In this document: positions 10,130 through 19,983 of the stretch, one piece after another
Layout: each line of letters begins with the position of its first letter
Position numbering within the stretch: the first letter of the stretch is position 1
DNA from: Planctopirus limnophila DSM 3776
Lineage (GTDB): Bacteria; Planctomycetota; Planctomycetia; Planctomycetales; Planctomycetaceae
DNA length: 32,000 nt
Reading direction: 5' to 3'
Assembly (NCBI RefSeq): GCF_000092105.1
Contig: NC_014148.1
Location: forward strand, 540,001-572,000
Made by a program: the position numbers and the translations under genes
The notes under the pieces: generated by a model
Told to the model about the DNA's origin: nothing
Databases searched by the model: none
The model's input: only the letters and a program-made list of their open reading frames with translations

Positions 10130-10231
10130 AGAGATTGGTGGCTCGAACTCAGTGCTCTGGATGCTTCTGCCAGTCGCTGGATTTTGAGTGATTTTTGATA
10201 AGTTCGTGCGATCTACGAAAGGGTCGGGCAA

Positions 10232-10624
10232 ATGGCTGATTTTGATTCTGCAACAACTGAACTGGGCGACAAGATTGTTGCTCTCACTCTGCTCCAGGCG
10301 AAGGCTCTGGCCGACTATCTCGAGCAGGTTCACGGCATTAAGCCTGCTGGCGGTGCTGTCGTAATGGCACCTGGTGGTGGTGGTGCCGCTCCTGCTGCTC
10401 CTGTCGAAGAGAAGACTGAGTTCGATGTGATTCTTACTGGCTTTGGCGATAACAAGCTGAGCGTCATCAAGGTTGTCCGTACAGCCACTGGCCTTGGTCT
10501 CAAGGAAGCCAAGGATCTTGTCGAAGGCGCTCCTAAGCCAGTCAAGACTGGTATCTCGAAGGAAGATGCCGACAAGCTCAAGAAGGAACTCGAAGCTTCT
10601 GGTGCCACTGCTGAGATCAAGTAA
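10232..10624 (+). CDS. rplL: 50S ribosomal protein L7/L12
   Basis: The 130-aa ORF has an Ala/Gly/Pro hinge ([12 protein letters not shown]) and the C-terminal domain [24 protein letters not shown]. Confidence 0.97.
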   Translation: MADFDSATTELGDKIVALTLLQAKALADYLEQVHGIKPAGGAVVMAPGGGGAAPAAPVEEKTEFDVILTGFGDNKLSVIKVVRTATGLGLKEAKDLVEGAPKPVKTGISKEDADKLKKELEASGATAEIK

Positions 10625-10801
10625 TTGTGAAACGGGGGTGATCTGTCCGCCTTCTCGTTTTGCTGGATGGCGTCTTGCCCACGTGTGACAGTTCTCGTCG
10701 GCGGCACAGAAGCGGTCTCCCTCGTTTTGAATGAGCTTCGATCAATTGTCAGCAATCTGCTGTAAAGATTTGTCGGTGCGACCCTTCGATTGTTTTCGAA
10801 T

Positions 10802-10830
10802 TGCAGCGATAGCAAACTGCTGTCGCTGCA
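10802..10830 (+). promoter_or_regulatory. Strong hairpin in the rplL-rpoB spacer (candidate attenuator)
   Basis: The 13-bp stem TGCAGCGATAGCA/TGCTGTCGCTGCA includes one G-U pair and has a 3-nt loop. It is followed by the T-rich ATTTCGTTCTCATTTC. E. coli has a known attenuator at the equivalent position. Confidence 0.35.
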
Positions 10831-11256
10831 ATTTCGTTCTCATTTCGCAGGTTCTGCGTCTCAGCTCCGGTTTCTTTCAGGCAGAGTCTTGAATCATCCT
10901 CGTGGTTGAGCGACTGAGTGGCCGTGATCGAATGGGCTGCACAGTTGCGATAACAATCTCGCGCGTTATGCTGGCTTGGTGATGAAGCGAACCACCTTCA
11001 GGATCATGATCTCTCGTGCAGAGTCGTCCATGAGTCTGTTGAATGGTTGATTTGAGAATTCTCAGGCAGTTCTTTTGCTCACAATAATGAACAGGGTGCT
11101 CCCACGTTGCCTTCGGCTTCAATCTGCAGATCACTGGTGTGTTCTGCATCGAATGAGGTCGGATCGGCGTACATGATGGCATGAGAATGACTCGTGCTGT
11201 TTGACATGCCTGTTTTGTATCACGTTGATTGATTTCGTTGTCACAGGAAGCTTCGC

Positions 11257-14200
11257 ATGCCCAACCCCGCCCAGCGTGTGATTGAGACTCATGAAACTCG
11301 CCATTTTGGATCCATTCGTGGTGAGTTTGCCATCTCTGAACTCACACAAATCCAGACAGCTTCTTACCATCGCTTTCTGCAACTTGAGAGTGAGCCACGT
11401 GAGCGAGCTGATGACGGTCTGGAGGCGATTCTTCGGGAAGTCTTCCCCATCGAGAGCTACGATCAGAAGTATCGCCTGGAGTACATCAAGTACGAACTCG
11501 GTAAGCCTCGCTATACACCACTCGAGTGCCGCCAGCTTCGCTTAACCTACGGACGTCCTTTCCGGGTCTGGCTGCGGCTCATGAAGGAGCAGCCGCAGGA
11601 AGAAGAAGTTTATCTGGGTGATTTGCCCATCATGATCGGTGGTGGCGAATTCATCATCAACGGTTCCGAGCGAGTTGTTGTCAGTCAGTTGCACCGCTCT
11701 CCCGGTGTTGACTTTGTGATGTCAGCCGAACCCGGTGAAAAGAAGACTTTCTCCTGCCGTGTCATTCCCGAGCGTGGTAGCTGGATCGAGCTGAATATCG
11801 GCAAGCGGGATACTCTGAATGTCCGCATCGATCAGTCAGGCAAGTTCAGTGCGATGACCTTCCTGCGGGCGATGGATCCTGCGTATGGTCGTACGAAAGA
11901 TCTGGTCAAGCTGTTCCACAATGTGGTGACATTCAAGGTCAGCGACAGCCACTTCGTGGAGCACGTCGCTGGCAAGCACGCTGCGGACGATATCGTTTAT
12001 CCAGCCGGTCACGAGCGGATGGGCGAGATCATCTGCGAAGCCTGTCATGTCATCACGAAGCCACTGGCTGAAGAGATTAAGGAATCGGGGATCAAGACAG
12101 TCGATGTCGCCGAGAAGTCGGATGATCCCATCATTATGGATAGTCTGATTGAGGATTCGACCGCGAGCCATGAAGACGCGCTGCTTCGAATCTATCAGCG
12201 TCTGCGTCCAGGCAATCCACCTCAGCTGGAAAAGGCCATCGAACTCTTCAAAGAGAAGTTCTTTGACGTGAATCGATATCGAATTGGTCGCGTCGGTCGT
12301 TTCCGCGTGAACCGTAAATTTGATCAGGATGTGCCTGATACCGAGATGACTCTTCGTCCCGAAGATATCATCAACTCCATCCGGTATGTGATGAAGTTGC
12401 GGACGGGTGATGCGACAGCCCATGTCGATGATATCGATAACCTGGGCAATCGGCGCCTGAGAACCATTGACGAACTCGCACAGGAAGAACTTCGCAAAGG
12501 CTTCCTGAAGCTCCGCCGCACCGTTCAGGAGCGAATGAGCCTCAAAGATGTGGAGGAAATGTCACCACGCTCTTTGATCAACCCGAAGAGTGTCTCGGCA
12601 GCGATTGATTTCTTCTTCGGCCGTGGCGAACTCTCACAGGTGGTGGATCAGACCAATCCTCTGGCCACGTTGACTCACGAGCGCCGGCTCAGTGCCCTTG
12701 GCCCGGGCGGCTTGAACCGCAAGCGGGCAGGCTTTGAAGTTCGCGACGTACATATTTCGCACTATGGCCGTATCTGCCCGATTGAAACACCGGAAGGTAC
12801 CAACATCGGTCTGATTTCAAGCCTCAGCATTTTTGCGAAGGTCGATGATTACGGTTTCCTTATCACCCCATATCGCAAGGTTGTCGATAAGAAGGTGACT
12901 GAAGAAATCGTCTGGCTGCGAGCCGACGAAGAGTCGCATGTTTACATCGCCCCGGCTGATACGCCGGTGCAGGACGACAAGATGCGTGATGAACGCGTCA
13001 TGTGTCGTCACCACAACGACTTCCTCTGGCTGCCCGCTTCTCAGGTGAACTACATCGACGTCGCACCTTGCCAGATGGTGGGTGTCTCGGCCGGTTTGAT
13101 TCCGTTCCTTGAGCACGACGATGCCAACCGCGCACTGATGGGTTCAAACATGCAGCGGCAGGGCGTTCCTCTGCTGATTGCGGAACCACCTCTGGTAGGA
13201 ACTGGTCTTGAAGGACCGGTTGCCCAGAACAGCGGGATGGTTTTGAGAGCCGAGAAGTCAGGTAAAGTGACTTACGTCGATGGGGATTGCATCGAAATCG
13301 ATGGCAAACGCACACCACTTCGCAAGTACACAGGCCTCAATGAGCGCACCTGTCTGAACCAGACTCCTGTCGTCAAGGTGGGTGATAAGGTCAAGAAGGG
13401 TGATATCCTTGTTGACAGTGCTGCTGTGGGTGATGGTGAGTTGGCACTGGGACGAAACGTGCTCGTCGCGTTCATGTCCTGGGAAGGCTTCAACTTTGAA
13501 GACGCGATCATCCTTTCGGAACGTCTCGTGAAAGAAGACGTTTACACGTCAATCCACATCGATGAATTCGATGTGGAAGTTCGCGAAACCAAACTGGGTC
13601 GCGAAGAATTCACTCGCGACATTCCCAACGTGAGCGATAAGGCTCTGCGTCATCTGGATGATGACGGTGTGATCCATGTCGGTACACGCGTTGAGCCAGG
13701 CGATATTCTGGTAGGTAAGGTTTCGCCCAAAGCCAAGACCGAACTGACACCGGAAGAAAAGCTCCTTCACGCGATCTTCGGACGGGCCGGGGAAGACGTG
13801 AAGAACGAATCACTGGAAGTCCCCAGTGGTGTGGAAGGGATCGTCATTCATACAGAGAAGTTCTCTCGTCGAATGAGTCTCTCGGAAACCGAACGTAAGA
13901 AGTTCGAAACTGACCTGAAGCGTGTGGAAGAGTCTGGAAATGATTTGATTGCAGCTGCTTTCAAGACCTTCCTCACTCATTTTGAAACAGCTCTGGAAAA
14001 GAAACTGCAGGATGACGATGGACGTGATCTTGGCAAGCTCGATGATGCCAAGTTCCTGGCCACTTATGCGGAGTCATTCCTGCATCGTTTTGAAACCATG
14101 GATCTCCGCAGTCCTCAGAAGAAGGCCGACTGCAAGAAGGCCATCAAGGAATTCTGGGGCCCGGTGGAAGAAGCGATTGATGATCGTGACCGTAAGCTGA

Positions 14201-14973
14201 ACACCATGAAGCGTGGCGATGAGTTGCCCAGCGGTGTGCTGCAGATGGTGAAGGTCTATGTCGCTCAGAAGCGGCAGATCTCTGTCGGTGACAAGATGGC
14301 CGGTCGTCACGGCAACAAGGGGGTGATTTCCAAGGTGCTGCCAGTCGAGGATATGCCATTCCTCGCCGATGGAACACCGGTTGACATCATTCTCAACCCA
14401 CTGGGTGTGCCCAGCCGTATGAACGTGGGGCAGATTCTCGAAACTCATCTGGGCTGGGCTGCAGCCAAGCTGGGCTTCCGAGCGAAATGCCCTGTCTTTG
14501 ATGGACCGGCTGAAGAAACGATTCGCGAACTGCTGAAGCAGGCTGGTCTTCCCGAAGACGGAAAGGCACAGTTGCTGGATGGCCGCACCGGCGAACCGTT
14601 CGAGCAGAAGACGACTGTGGGCTACATCTACATGCTCAAGCTGCATCACCTGGTCGAAGATAAAGTTCATGCCCGCGCCACTGGCCCTTACTCTTTGATT
14701 ACTCAGCAGCCGCTGGGTGGTAAGGCTCGTTTTGGTGGTCAGCGATTTGGTGAGATGGAAGTGTGGGCTCTGGAAGCCTACGGTGCTGCCTATATTCTGC
14801 AGGAATTGCTCACTGTGAAGAGCGACGATGTGGAAGGCCGCACGAAGATCTACGAATCGATGGTCAAGGGAGAAAACACTCTCGAAGCCGGTACACCTGC
14901 CAGCTTTGAAGTGCTCAACAACGAAATTCGTGGTCTCTGCCTGAACATGCAGTTGGAGAAGAGCCTCACATAG
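11257..14973 (+). CDS. rpoB: DNA-directed RNA polymerase subunit beta
   Basis: The 1238-aa ORF has conserved RpoB blocks ([50 protein letters not shown]). AGGAAG lies upstream of the ATG. Confidence 0.98.
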   Translation: MPNPAQRVIETHETRHFGSIRGEFAISELTQIQTASYHRFLQLESEPRERADDGLEAILREVFPIESYDQKYRLEYIKYELGKPRYTPLECRQLRLTYGRPFRVWLRLMKEQPQEEEVYLGDLPIMIGGGEFIINGSERVVVSQLHRSPGVDFVMSAEPGEKKTFSCRVIPERGSWIELNIGKRDTLNVRIDQSGKFSAMTFLRAMDPAYGRTKDLVKLFHNVVTFKVSDSHFVEHVAGKHAADDIVYPAGHERMGEIICEACHVITKPLAEEIKESGIKTVDVAEKSDDPIIMDSLIEDSTASHEDALLRIYQRLRPGNPPQLEKAIELFKEKFFDVNRYRIGRVGRFRVNRKFDQDVPDTEMTLRPEDIINSIRYVMKLRTGDATAHVDDIDNLGNRRLRTIDELAQEELRKGFLKLRRTVQERMSLKDVEEMSPRSLINPKSVSAAIDFFFGRGELSQVVDQTNPLATLTHERRLSALGPGGLNRKRAGFEVRDVHISHYGRICPIETPEGTNIGLISSLSIFAKVDDYGFLITPYRKVVDKKVTEEIVWLRADEESHVYIAPADTPVQDDKMRDERVMCRHHNDFLWLPASQVNYIDVAPCQMVGVSAGLIPFLEHDDANRALMGSNMQRQGVPLLIAEPPLVGTGLEGPVAQNSGMVLRAEKSGKVTYVDGDCIEIDGKRTPLRKYTGLNERTCLNQTPVVKVGDKVKKGDILVDSAAVGDGELALGRNVLVAFMSWEGFNFEDAIILSERLVKEDVYTSIHIDEFDVEVRETKLGREEFTRDIPNVSDKALRHLDDDGVIHVGTRVEPGDILVGKVSPKAKTELTPEEKLLHAIFGRAGEDVKNESLEVPSGVEGIVIHTEKFSRRMSLSETERKKFETDLKRVEESGNDLIAAAFKTFLTHFETALEKKLQDDDGRDLGKLDDAKFLATYAESFLHRFETMDLRSPQKKADCKKAIKEFWGPVEEAIDDRDRKLNTMKRGDELPSGVLQMVKVYVAQKRQISVGDKMAGRHGNKGVISKVLPVEDMPFLADGTPVDIILNPLGVPSRMNVGQILETHLGWAAAKLGFRAKCPVFDGPAEETIRELLKQAGLPEDGKAQLLDGRTGEPFEQKTTVGYIYMLKLHHLVEDKVHARATGPYSLITQQPLGGKARFGGQRFGEMEVWALEAYGAAYILQELLTVKSDDVEGRTKIYESMVKGENTLEAGTPASFEVLNNEIRGLCLNMQLEKSLT

Positions 14974-15008
14974 TTCGGCGGATCAAGACATCAATTCTTG
15001 TAAGTCCT

Positions 15009-15051
15009 CCAGGGGGATCAGTGCCTGTCACCGATCCCCCTGGTTCTTTTT
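15009..15051 (+). terminator. Rho-independent terminator after rpoB
   Basis: Perfect 11-bp stem CCAGGGGGATC/GATCCCCCTGG (15009-15019 / 15033-15043) with a 13-nt loop, followed by TTCTTTTT. Confidence 0.8.
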
Positions 15052-15432
15052 GTCAGCTTGTGGAAAACCAGCGGGCGTTGGGTGGCACGCCCTGTAAGCT
15101 TTGTGAAAGGGCGTGGTTATCAGACGGGTGGTTGGGCTCATATTCAAGTCCCCACAATTTTGCAGCGGTTAGTGTGCCATGCCCGTGGCTATGTATTGGC
15201 TTTTTCACAACCTGGCGCAGCGCCAGGCCTGCAAAAGTGGTGACGGGTAGCCCGGCCAACTCTTGACCGGGTTGTCGTGCATCGCCACGACAACAAGAAA
15301 CTGCGCCCAGCGTGTGTCCTGCGACGACCCTTCACACCGCTTCGGGTGGCATGTTCAATATCAACACACTGCCATCATCTCATGAAAAGGCCGGTCAATC
15401 GTACGTCCAAGTGATGATCGGCAAGACATTCA

Positions 15433-16173
15433 TCAACGCGACGGTTTGCCAGTTCCCTCCTGGAAGCTGGTCTGCTCAATGGCAGGGACTGCTGTCTCGA
15501 CATGTTCAGTCGTTAAAGAGGGAGTGGACTGGTCAGGTTTTTCACCAGCGGCTTCTTTGGCCTTTTCGGCAGCATAGAAGACATCAAAGTTTCGAGCGAA
15601 AGCATGCTCGAGTGGTGCGTAGTCGTGGCGCCCGAAAAGAGGCATCTTCGACAGAGCTTCTTCACCTGTTTTTCCACGGAACATTACGTCGTACATCGTT
15701 AACACGCGGCCTGTTCGATTGAATCCATGCTGACAATGAACAATCAGTGGATAGTTCGCGGGATCCTTTAACACTGCGATATGTGGAGCGATCAGAGGGC
15801 TCGAAGGATCATCAATATCCGGAAGTGAAAGTTCAATCAGCTTGGCACCGGCGGCTTCCACAGCCATTCGCTCCTGCCGTGCGCGATCCGGGCCCATTTC
15901 TCCCGGGCGGCAAAGATTGAGCACCGTCTTCACCTGGTGCTTCTGGACGAGTTCGGCCATCACGTCGGCTTCCACCCAGGCGCAGCGAATCACTTTTCCG
16001 GGATCGTGAATCGCGACATGCTTGTAGCGATGATTCTGACGATAAGCCCAGCCACCAGCACCCATGGCCACGATCGTTGCCAGAATCAGAATCCAGCGAA
16101 ACCGCAGCCGCGAAGCTGCTGGAGTCGTTTCTGTCGAATTCGTCGTGTTCTCGTGCGTCATGGAATCAATCAT
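15433..16173 (-). CDS. Membrane-anchored protein-tyrosine/dual-specificity-phosphatase-fold protein (CX5R active site)
   Basis: The P-loop VHCQHGFNRTGRV has Cys147 (codon 15733-15735) and Arg153. Acidic residues PDIDDP lie about 25-28 residues upstream. An N-terminal TM helix is WILILATIVAMGAGGWAY. An alternative start at 16161 has better spacing to AAGGA. Confidence 0.7.
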   Translation of the reverse strand: MIDSMTHENTTNSTETTPAASRLRFRWILILATIVAMGAGGWAYRQNHRYKHVAIHDPGKVIRCAWVEADVMAELVQKHQVKTVLNLCRPGEMGPDRARQERMAVEAAGAKLIELSLPDIDDPSSPLIAPHIAVLKDPANYPLIVHCQHGFNRTGRVLTMYDVMFRGKTGEEALSKMPLFGRHDYAPLEHAFARNFDVFYAAEKAKEAAGEKPDQSTPSLTTEHVETAVPAIEQTSFQEGTGKPSR

Positions 16174-16295
16174 CCTTGTCTGCCGCCGATCGGCGCTATC
16201 GAAGTCTCAATTCTTGAGCAGCAATGACTTTTGTGATATGCCGCCCGAGAGCCCATGAGAAAAATTCAGTAATGGAGTCGAAATGACACCCGCAT

Positions 16296-17327
16296 TCAGG
16301 CAGCCCGGCGTGAGCGAGGATCCAGTAGTGGAGCCGGTGAAATGGCGAGTGAAACTGTCTCAAAATTTGTCGTTTTGCGGACAGCATACGTCTGTACGTT
16401 CTGCACCTGAAAATAGATGCGTGAGCAGAGTTCGCTCAGTAAACCCAGAAAGACAAACTGAATCGCCGCCAACCCGGAGACAGCACTCAACAGCAGCAGG
16501 GGGTTGCCAGTCATATCATAGTTATAGGTCAGCTTAAGGCCGATACTGGCGAATGCTGCCAGACCGCTGGTGAACATGGCCATTAATCCCATCATCCCAA
16601 AGAGTTTCATGGGGCTGACGGCGTACTGAATCAGATATTTGACGGTTGCCAGATCCAGCAGCACGCGAGTGACGCGGCCCAGGCCGTACTTCGAGACACC
16701 AAAACGCCGGGCATGATGCCTCGTAACGACTTCGATGCATCTTGCCCCGCGCTGTCTGGCGAGAATGGGGATGAAGCGATGCATTTCGCCGTAAAGCTGT
16801 AGTTCCTTGGCGATTTCGCTGCGAATGGCCTTGAGTGTGCAACCCAGGTCGTGCACCGGGAAACCAGTCACTTTCCCAATCAGCCAGTTGGCACAAACTG
16901 ACGGAAGTTTCCGGTGGAGAACTGCATCCTGCCGGTTCTTACGCCAGCCATGCACGAGATCGTAACCTTCCTCGATTTTCGCCAGCATCATTGGAATGTC
17001 TTCGGGCTCGTTCTGCAGGTCGCCATCGATGGTGACAATGACGTCACCAGTGGCTGCCTGAATCCCCGCCTGCATCGCAGCCGTCTGGCCAAAATTTTTG
17101 CGAAACTCGATCAGCTTCACCCGGGAATCTGCCGCGGCAATTTGATCCATGACTTCGGTAGAACCATCGGTGGAACCATCGTTGATGAGAATTAACTCAC
17201 AACTGTGTACCAGGGGCTCCATCACCCGCATGATGGCGGCATGCAAAAGGGGAAGGTTTTCGAGTTCGTTATAGATCGGAACGACAATCGAAACGTGCAT
17301 ATTAAATCGCCTGTTGCCGACATCCAT
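16296..17327 (-). CDS. GT2-family polyprenyl-phosphate glycosyltransferase (DPM1/ArnC/GtrB-like) with two C-terminal TM helices
   Basis: VSIVVPIYNELENLPLL, LINDGSTDGS and DGDLQNEPEDIP (DxD region) are present, plus C-terminal helices. An alternative start is the ATG at 17300. Confidence 0.8.
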   Translation of the reverse strand: MDVGNRRFNMHVSIVVPIYNELENLPLLHAAIMRVMEPLVHSCELILINDGSTDGSTEVMDQIAAADSRVKLIEFRKNFGQTAAMQAGIQAATGDVIVTIDGDLQNEPEDIPMMLAKIEEGYDLVHGWRKNRQDAVLHRKLPSVCANWLIGKVTGFPVHDLGCTLKAIRSEIAKELQLYGEMHRFIPILARQRGARCIEVVTRHHARRFGVSKYGLGRVTRVLLDLATVKYLIQYAVSPMKLFGMMGLMAMFTSGLAAFASIGLKLTYNYDMTGNPLLLLSAVSGLAAIQFVFLGLLSELCSRIYFQVQNVQTYAVRKTTNFETVSLAISPAPLLDPRSRRAA

Positions 17328-17539
17328 AGGGCATTTGCATCGCTCGGAATGACATCCATGTCATCGATGCAGGCATTGCCAGTGAATTAGTGAGTGAATG
17401 GGTTGCTGAATCGTAAGTCTTGAGTGAGCAAGTTTCCTGGTGAGATTTCCAGACGGAGTTTTGCAGAAGTCGAAGAAAACGTCCAGACCGGCTCCCGCAG
17501 TGAGCTGGGTATTTCTGGTTGTTTAGGGGGCTTTCTGTG

Positions 17540-18973
17540 TCATAAAATCGGGGCGAACATGCGAGCCCAGTTTTCCTGGAGCTTCTGCCAGCGGGAACGT
17601 TTGAACCACAGGCTTTTCTCAATTGGCTCTGCCTGGCGGACATCGATTTCAAACTGCGAGTTGAGCTGCTCAGCGATCCCCTTGTCGTACATCGCGACAG
17701 CGACTTCAAAATTCAGAAACACGCTGCGCGAATCGAAATTGGGGCTTCCCACCAGAGAGTACTCGCCGTCCAGAGTCAACGTTTTCGAGTGTAGATAACC
17801 GCGGTTGTATTCCCAGATCTCAGCACCGGCTCGCAGCAGCGGGCTGTAACTCGACCGGCCCGCCATACGGGTGTACCAGTAACCTTTGGCACCCGAGAGC
17901 AGTAATCGCACTTTCACACCGCGCACAGCCGCACACTCCAATGCCACGACCAGGGCGTTTGTGGGAACAAAGTATCCTGTGGTAATTGTGATGTGATGCC
18001 GGGCTTCATTGATGGCTGCAAAGAACAGCGACTGAAATACGCTGTCTTCCATATGGGGACCACCGGAAACCACCTGCGCCTCGACATGACCATGTGTTTC
18101 GGGTCGCGGAAAATCGTCTTGCCACGAGATCTCGCGACCAGTGGCACAATGCCAGTCTTCCGCAAAGATCATCTGCAATTGCAGCACTGAAGGGCCCATG
18201 AGTCGAAGGTGTGTATCACTCCAGTGGCCAAAATGGGGGACGCGACTTAGATACTCATCACCCACATTCATACCACCTGTGAAACCGATTTCCCCATCGA
18301 CAATGATGATCTTGCGATGATTACGCAGGTTCAGCGACCACGATTCGAGCCAGCCTCGTCCCGGAACAAACGCCGAAATTTCAATTCCCGCTTCCCGCAT
18401 CGGAGCAATAAAGCGGCGGGACAATCTCAATGAACCGATCGAGTCATAAAGAAATCGAACTTTGACTCCAGCTCTGGCCTTTTCGATGAGCAAGTCTCTG
18501 AGCCGGGTGCCGATTTTATCCGGTTGCCAGATGTAGTATTCGAGATGAATTGTGGAGCGTGCATTACGGATCGCAGTTTCAATTTCGTCGAAAGCAATCC
18601 CGGCATCATGCAAAAGATCCACTCGATTATGCATGGTCGGGCGGGATTCGGCCAGGCGGGTGGCGACCTTTGCCATGTTGGATTGAAGTGGAGTTAATCG
18701 ATCACTGTCCAGCAGATGTCGTTCGGAGAGCTCGGGAAGCCGATGGCTGAGTCGCCGCCAGGCTCGCAAACGATGTTTAACAGTCGATTCGACCCGATTG
18801 ATGCCAAAGATCAGGTACAAAATCGCACCGATGTACGGCAGCGTAATGATCGTAATGATCCATGCTACAGTGGCTGTTTCCTGACGGCGCTTTGTCAGGA
18901 GCACCACAGAAACAAGAGAAAACTGGAGTACAAAACTGATGACCGCCAAAGTGCCGGGCAACCAGTTGAACAC
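17540..18973 (-). CDS. cls: Cardiolipin synthase (PLD superfamily, two HKD motifs)
   Basis: Two N-terminal TM helices. HKD motifs are HRKIIIVDGEIGFTGGMN and HSKTLTLDGEYSLVGSPN. Its 477 aa is typical ClsA length. Confidence 0.9.
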   Translation of the reverse strand: MFNWLPGTLAVISFVLQFSLVSVVLLTKRRQETATVAWIITIITLPYIGAILYLIFGINRVESTVKHRLRAWRRLSHRLPELSERHLLDSDRLTPLQSNMAKVATRLAESRPTMHNRVDLLHDAGIAFDEIETAIRNARSTIHLEYYIWQPDKIGTRLRDLLIEKARAGVKVRFLYDSIGSLRLSRRFIAPMREAGIEISAFVPGRGWLESWSLNLRNHRKIIIVDGEIGFTGGMNVGDEYLSRVPHFGHWSDTHLRLMGPSVLQLQMIFAEDWHCATGREISWQDDFPRPETHGHVEAQVVSGGPHMEDSVFQSLFFAAINEARHHITITTGYFVPTNALVVALECAAVRGVKVRLLLSGAKGYWYTRMAGRSSYSPLLRAGAEIWEYNRGYLHSKTLTLDGEYSLVGSPNFDSRSVFLNFEVAVAMYDKGIAEQLNSQFEIDVRQAEPIEKSLWFKRSRWQKLQENWARMFAPIL

Positions 18974-19140
18974 GTCAAAGTTCCTCTCAAGAGTGATCGT
19001 CGCCAGTCGCCTGTGCTGGCTTCACGTGGACAGATTTTATTCTGCCCTGAGCGAAAGGACTTCGCCATGAGAGAAAGTGATCGTTGCCGCTTTCTTCGGC
19101 GACGAAGCTCCCGATCTGAATTGATCGACATCGTGATGGA

Positions 19141-19983
19141 TCAATCAAAGACGACAGTGCCGGGCCTTGAGCTTTCCCGATCTCGGATCAATTCCTGGGC
19201 GACACAATCGATCGTCTCCGCACCGATCAGTTCTCGCCCCTCGGCTGACCCCGCCAGCAGTGCCAGATCGGCCAGGCGGCAGATCTCCAGTGGAATCCCA
19301 CGCGAGCGTGTGTAAAGCCGATCCACGGCCGCTTTGGTAAAGATCGGCAGTGAGTAATTACTGCGGGCCAGTCGCCACCGGAGGAATTCATCACATCGAG
19401 CCGATGACCAGATCGGCAGATCAATTTTGAGGCCGCTCGATTCTTCGAGCCACGACAGAAAGGCATGTTCTTCAGAGCGGCCAATCGCAAAGATCCAGGT
19501 CACATTCGATTCGCAGCCCATCGAAAGTGCCAGCAATCGACGCAAGACGTGCGCTGACGCAGGGTCGAGTGTCTGGCAATGATCGATCATAAATGCCAGA
19601 CGCTGGCCGGTGGATTTCTGGCCTTCGAGGAAATCTGTCAGCCGCGACCAGAGCCAGAGCGGGCTGTCTTCGACATCCGGGCCGAGTCCGAATGCTTCGA
19701 CAATGCGCCAGAGCAATTCGTGTCGATCCAGGCTGGTGGCATCCAGCAGAATCGCCTCGACTCCCACCTGCGAAAGCTCTCGAGCGAGCACATGCAGCAG
19801 AAACGTCTTTCCCGTACCGCTGATTCCGCTCAGTACACCGACAGGTGCCCGCTGTTCCGCCAGATACCAGAGGCGGGAGAGCGCTTCTTCGTGTTCCACA
19901 CTGGCAAAAAAGTCATCGGGAGCCAGCGTGAGCCTGAAAGGTGAGGGGCGCGTCAGTGAATCTTCCGGCATCATGACGAGCAT
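19141..19983 (-). CDS. ExeA/GspA-like AAA ATPase (AAA_22-type)
   Basis: Walker A is GISGTGKT (residues 53-60) and the Walker B region is LAFMIDHCQ (Asp134-His135). The overall layout resembles ExeA: an N-terminal PF...FF motif, then a C-terminal GIPLEICRLADLALL like ExeA G.PR.IN.L. Confidence 0.65.
   Translation of the reverse strand: MLVMMPEDSLTRPSPFRLTLAPDDFFASVEHEEALSRLWYLAEQRAPVGVLSGISGTGKTFLLHVLARELSQVGVEAILLDATSLDRHELLWRIVEAFGLGPDVEDSPLWLWSRLTDFLEGQKSTGQRLAFMIDHCQTLDPASAHVLRRLLALSMGCESNVTWIFAIGRSEEHAFLSWLEESSGLKIDLPIWSSARCDEFLRWRLARSNYSLPIFTKAAVDRLYTRSRGIPLEICRLADLALLAGSAEGRELIGAETIDCVAQELIRDRESSRPGTVVFD

Noticed and set aside
11201-11206. Perfect TTGACA hexamers (also at 4661-4666) as promoters
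   Set aside because: No acceptable -10 hexamer lies at 16-18 nt spacing in either case, so they are mentioned only as context.
11836-14670. Long antisense ORFs inside rpoB (e.g. 11836-12423, 14074-14670)
   Set aside because: rpoB coding is unambiguous on the plus strand. The antisense frames lack motifs and start signals.
15021-15266. 81-aa plus-strand and 68-aa minus-strand ORFs after rpoB
   Set aside because: The plus-strand ORF begins inside the rpoB terminator stem. The minus-strand ORF uses TTG without an RBS. They are treated as non-coding (see the finding on this spacer).
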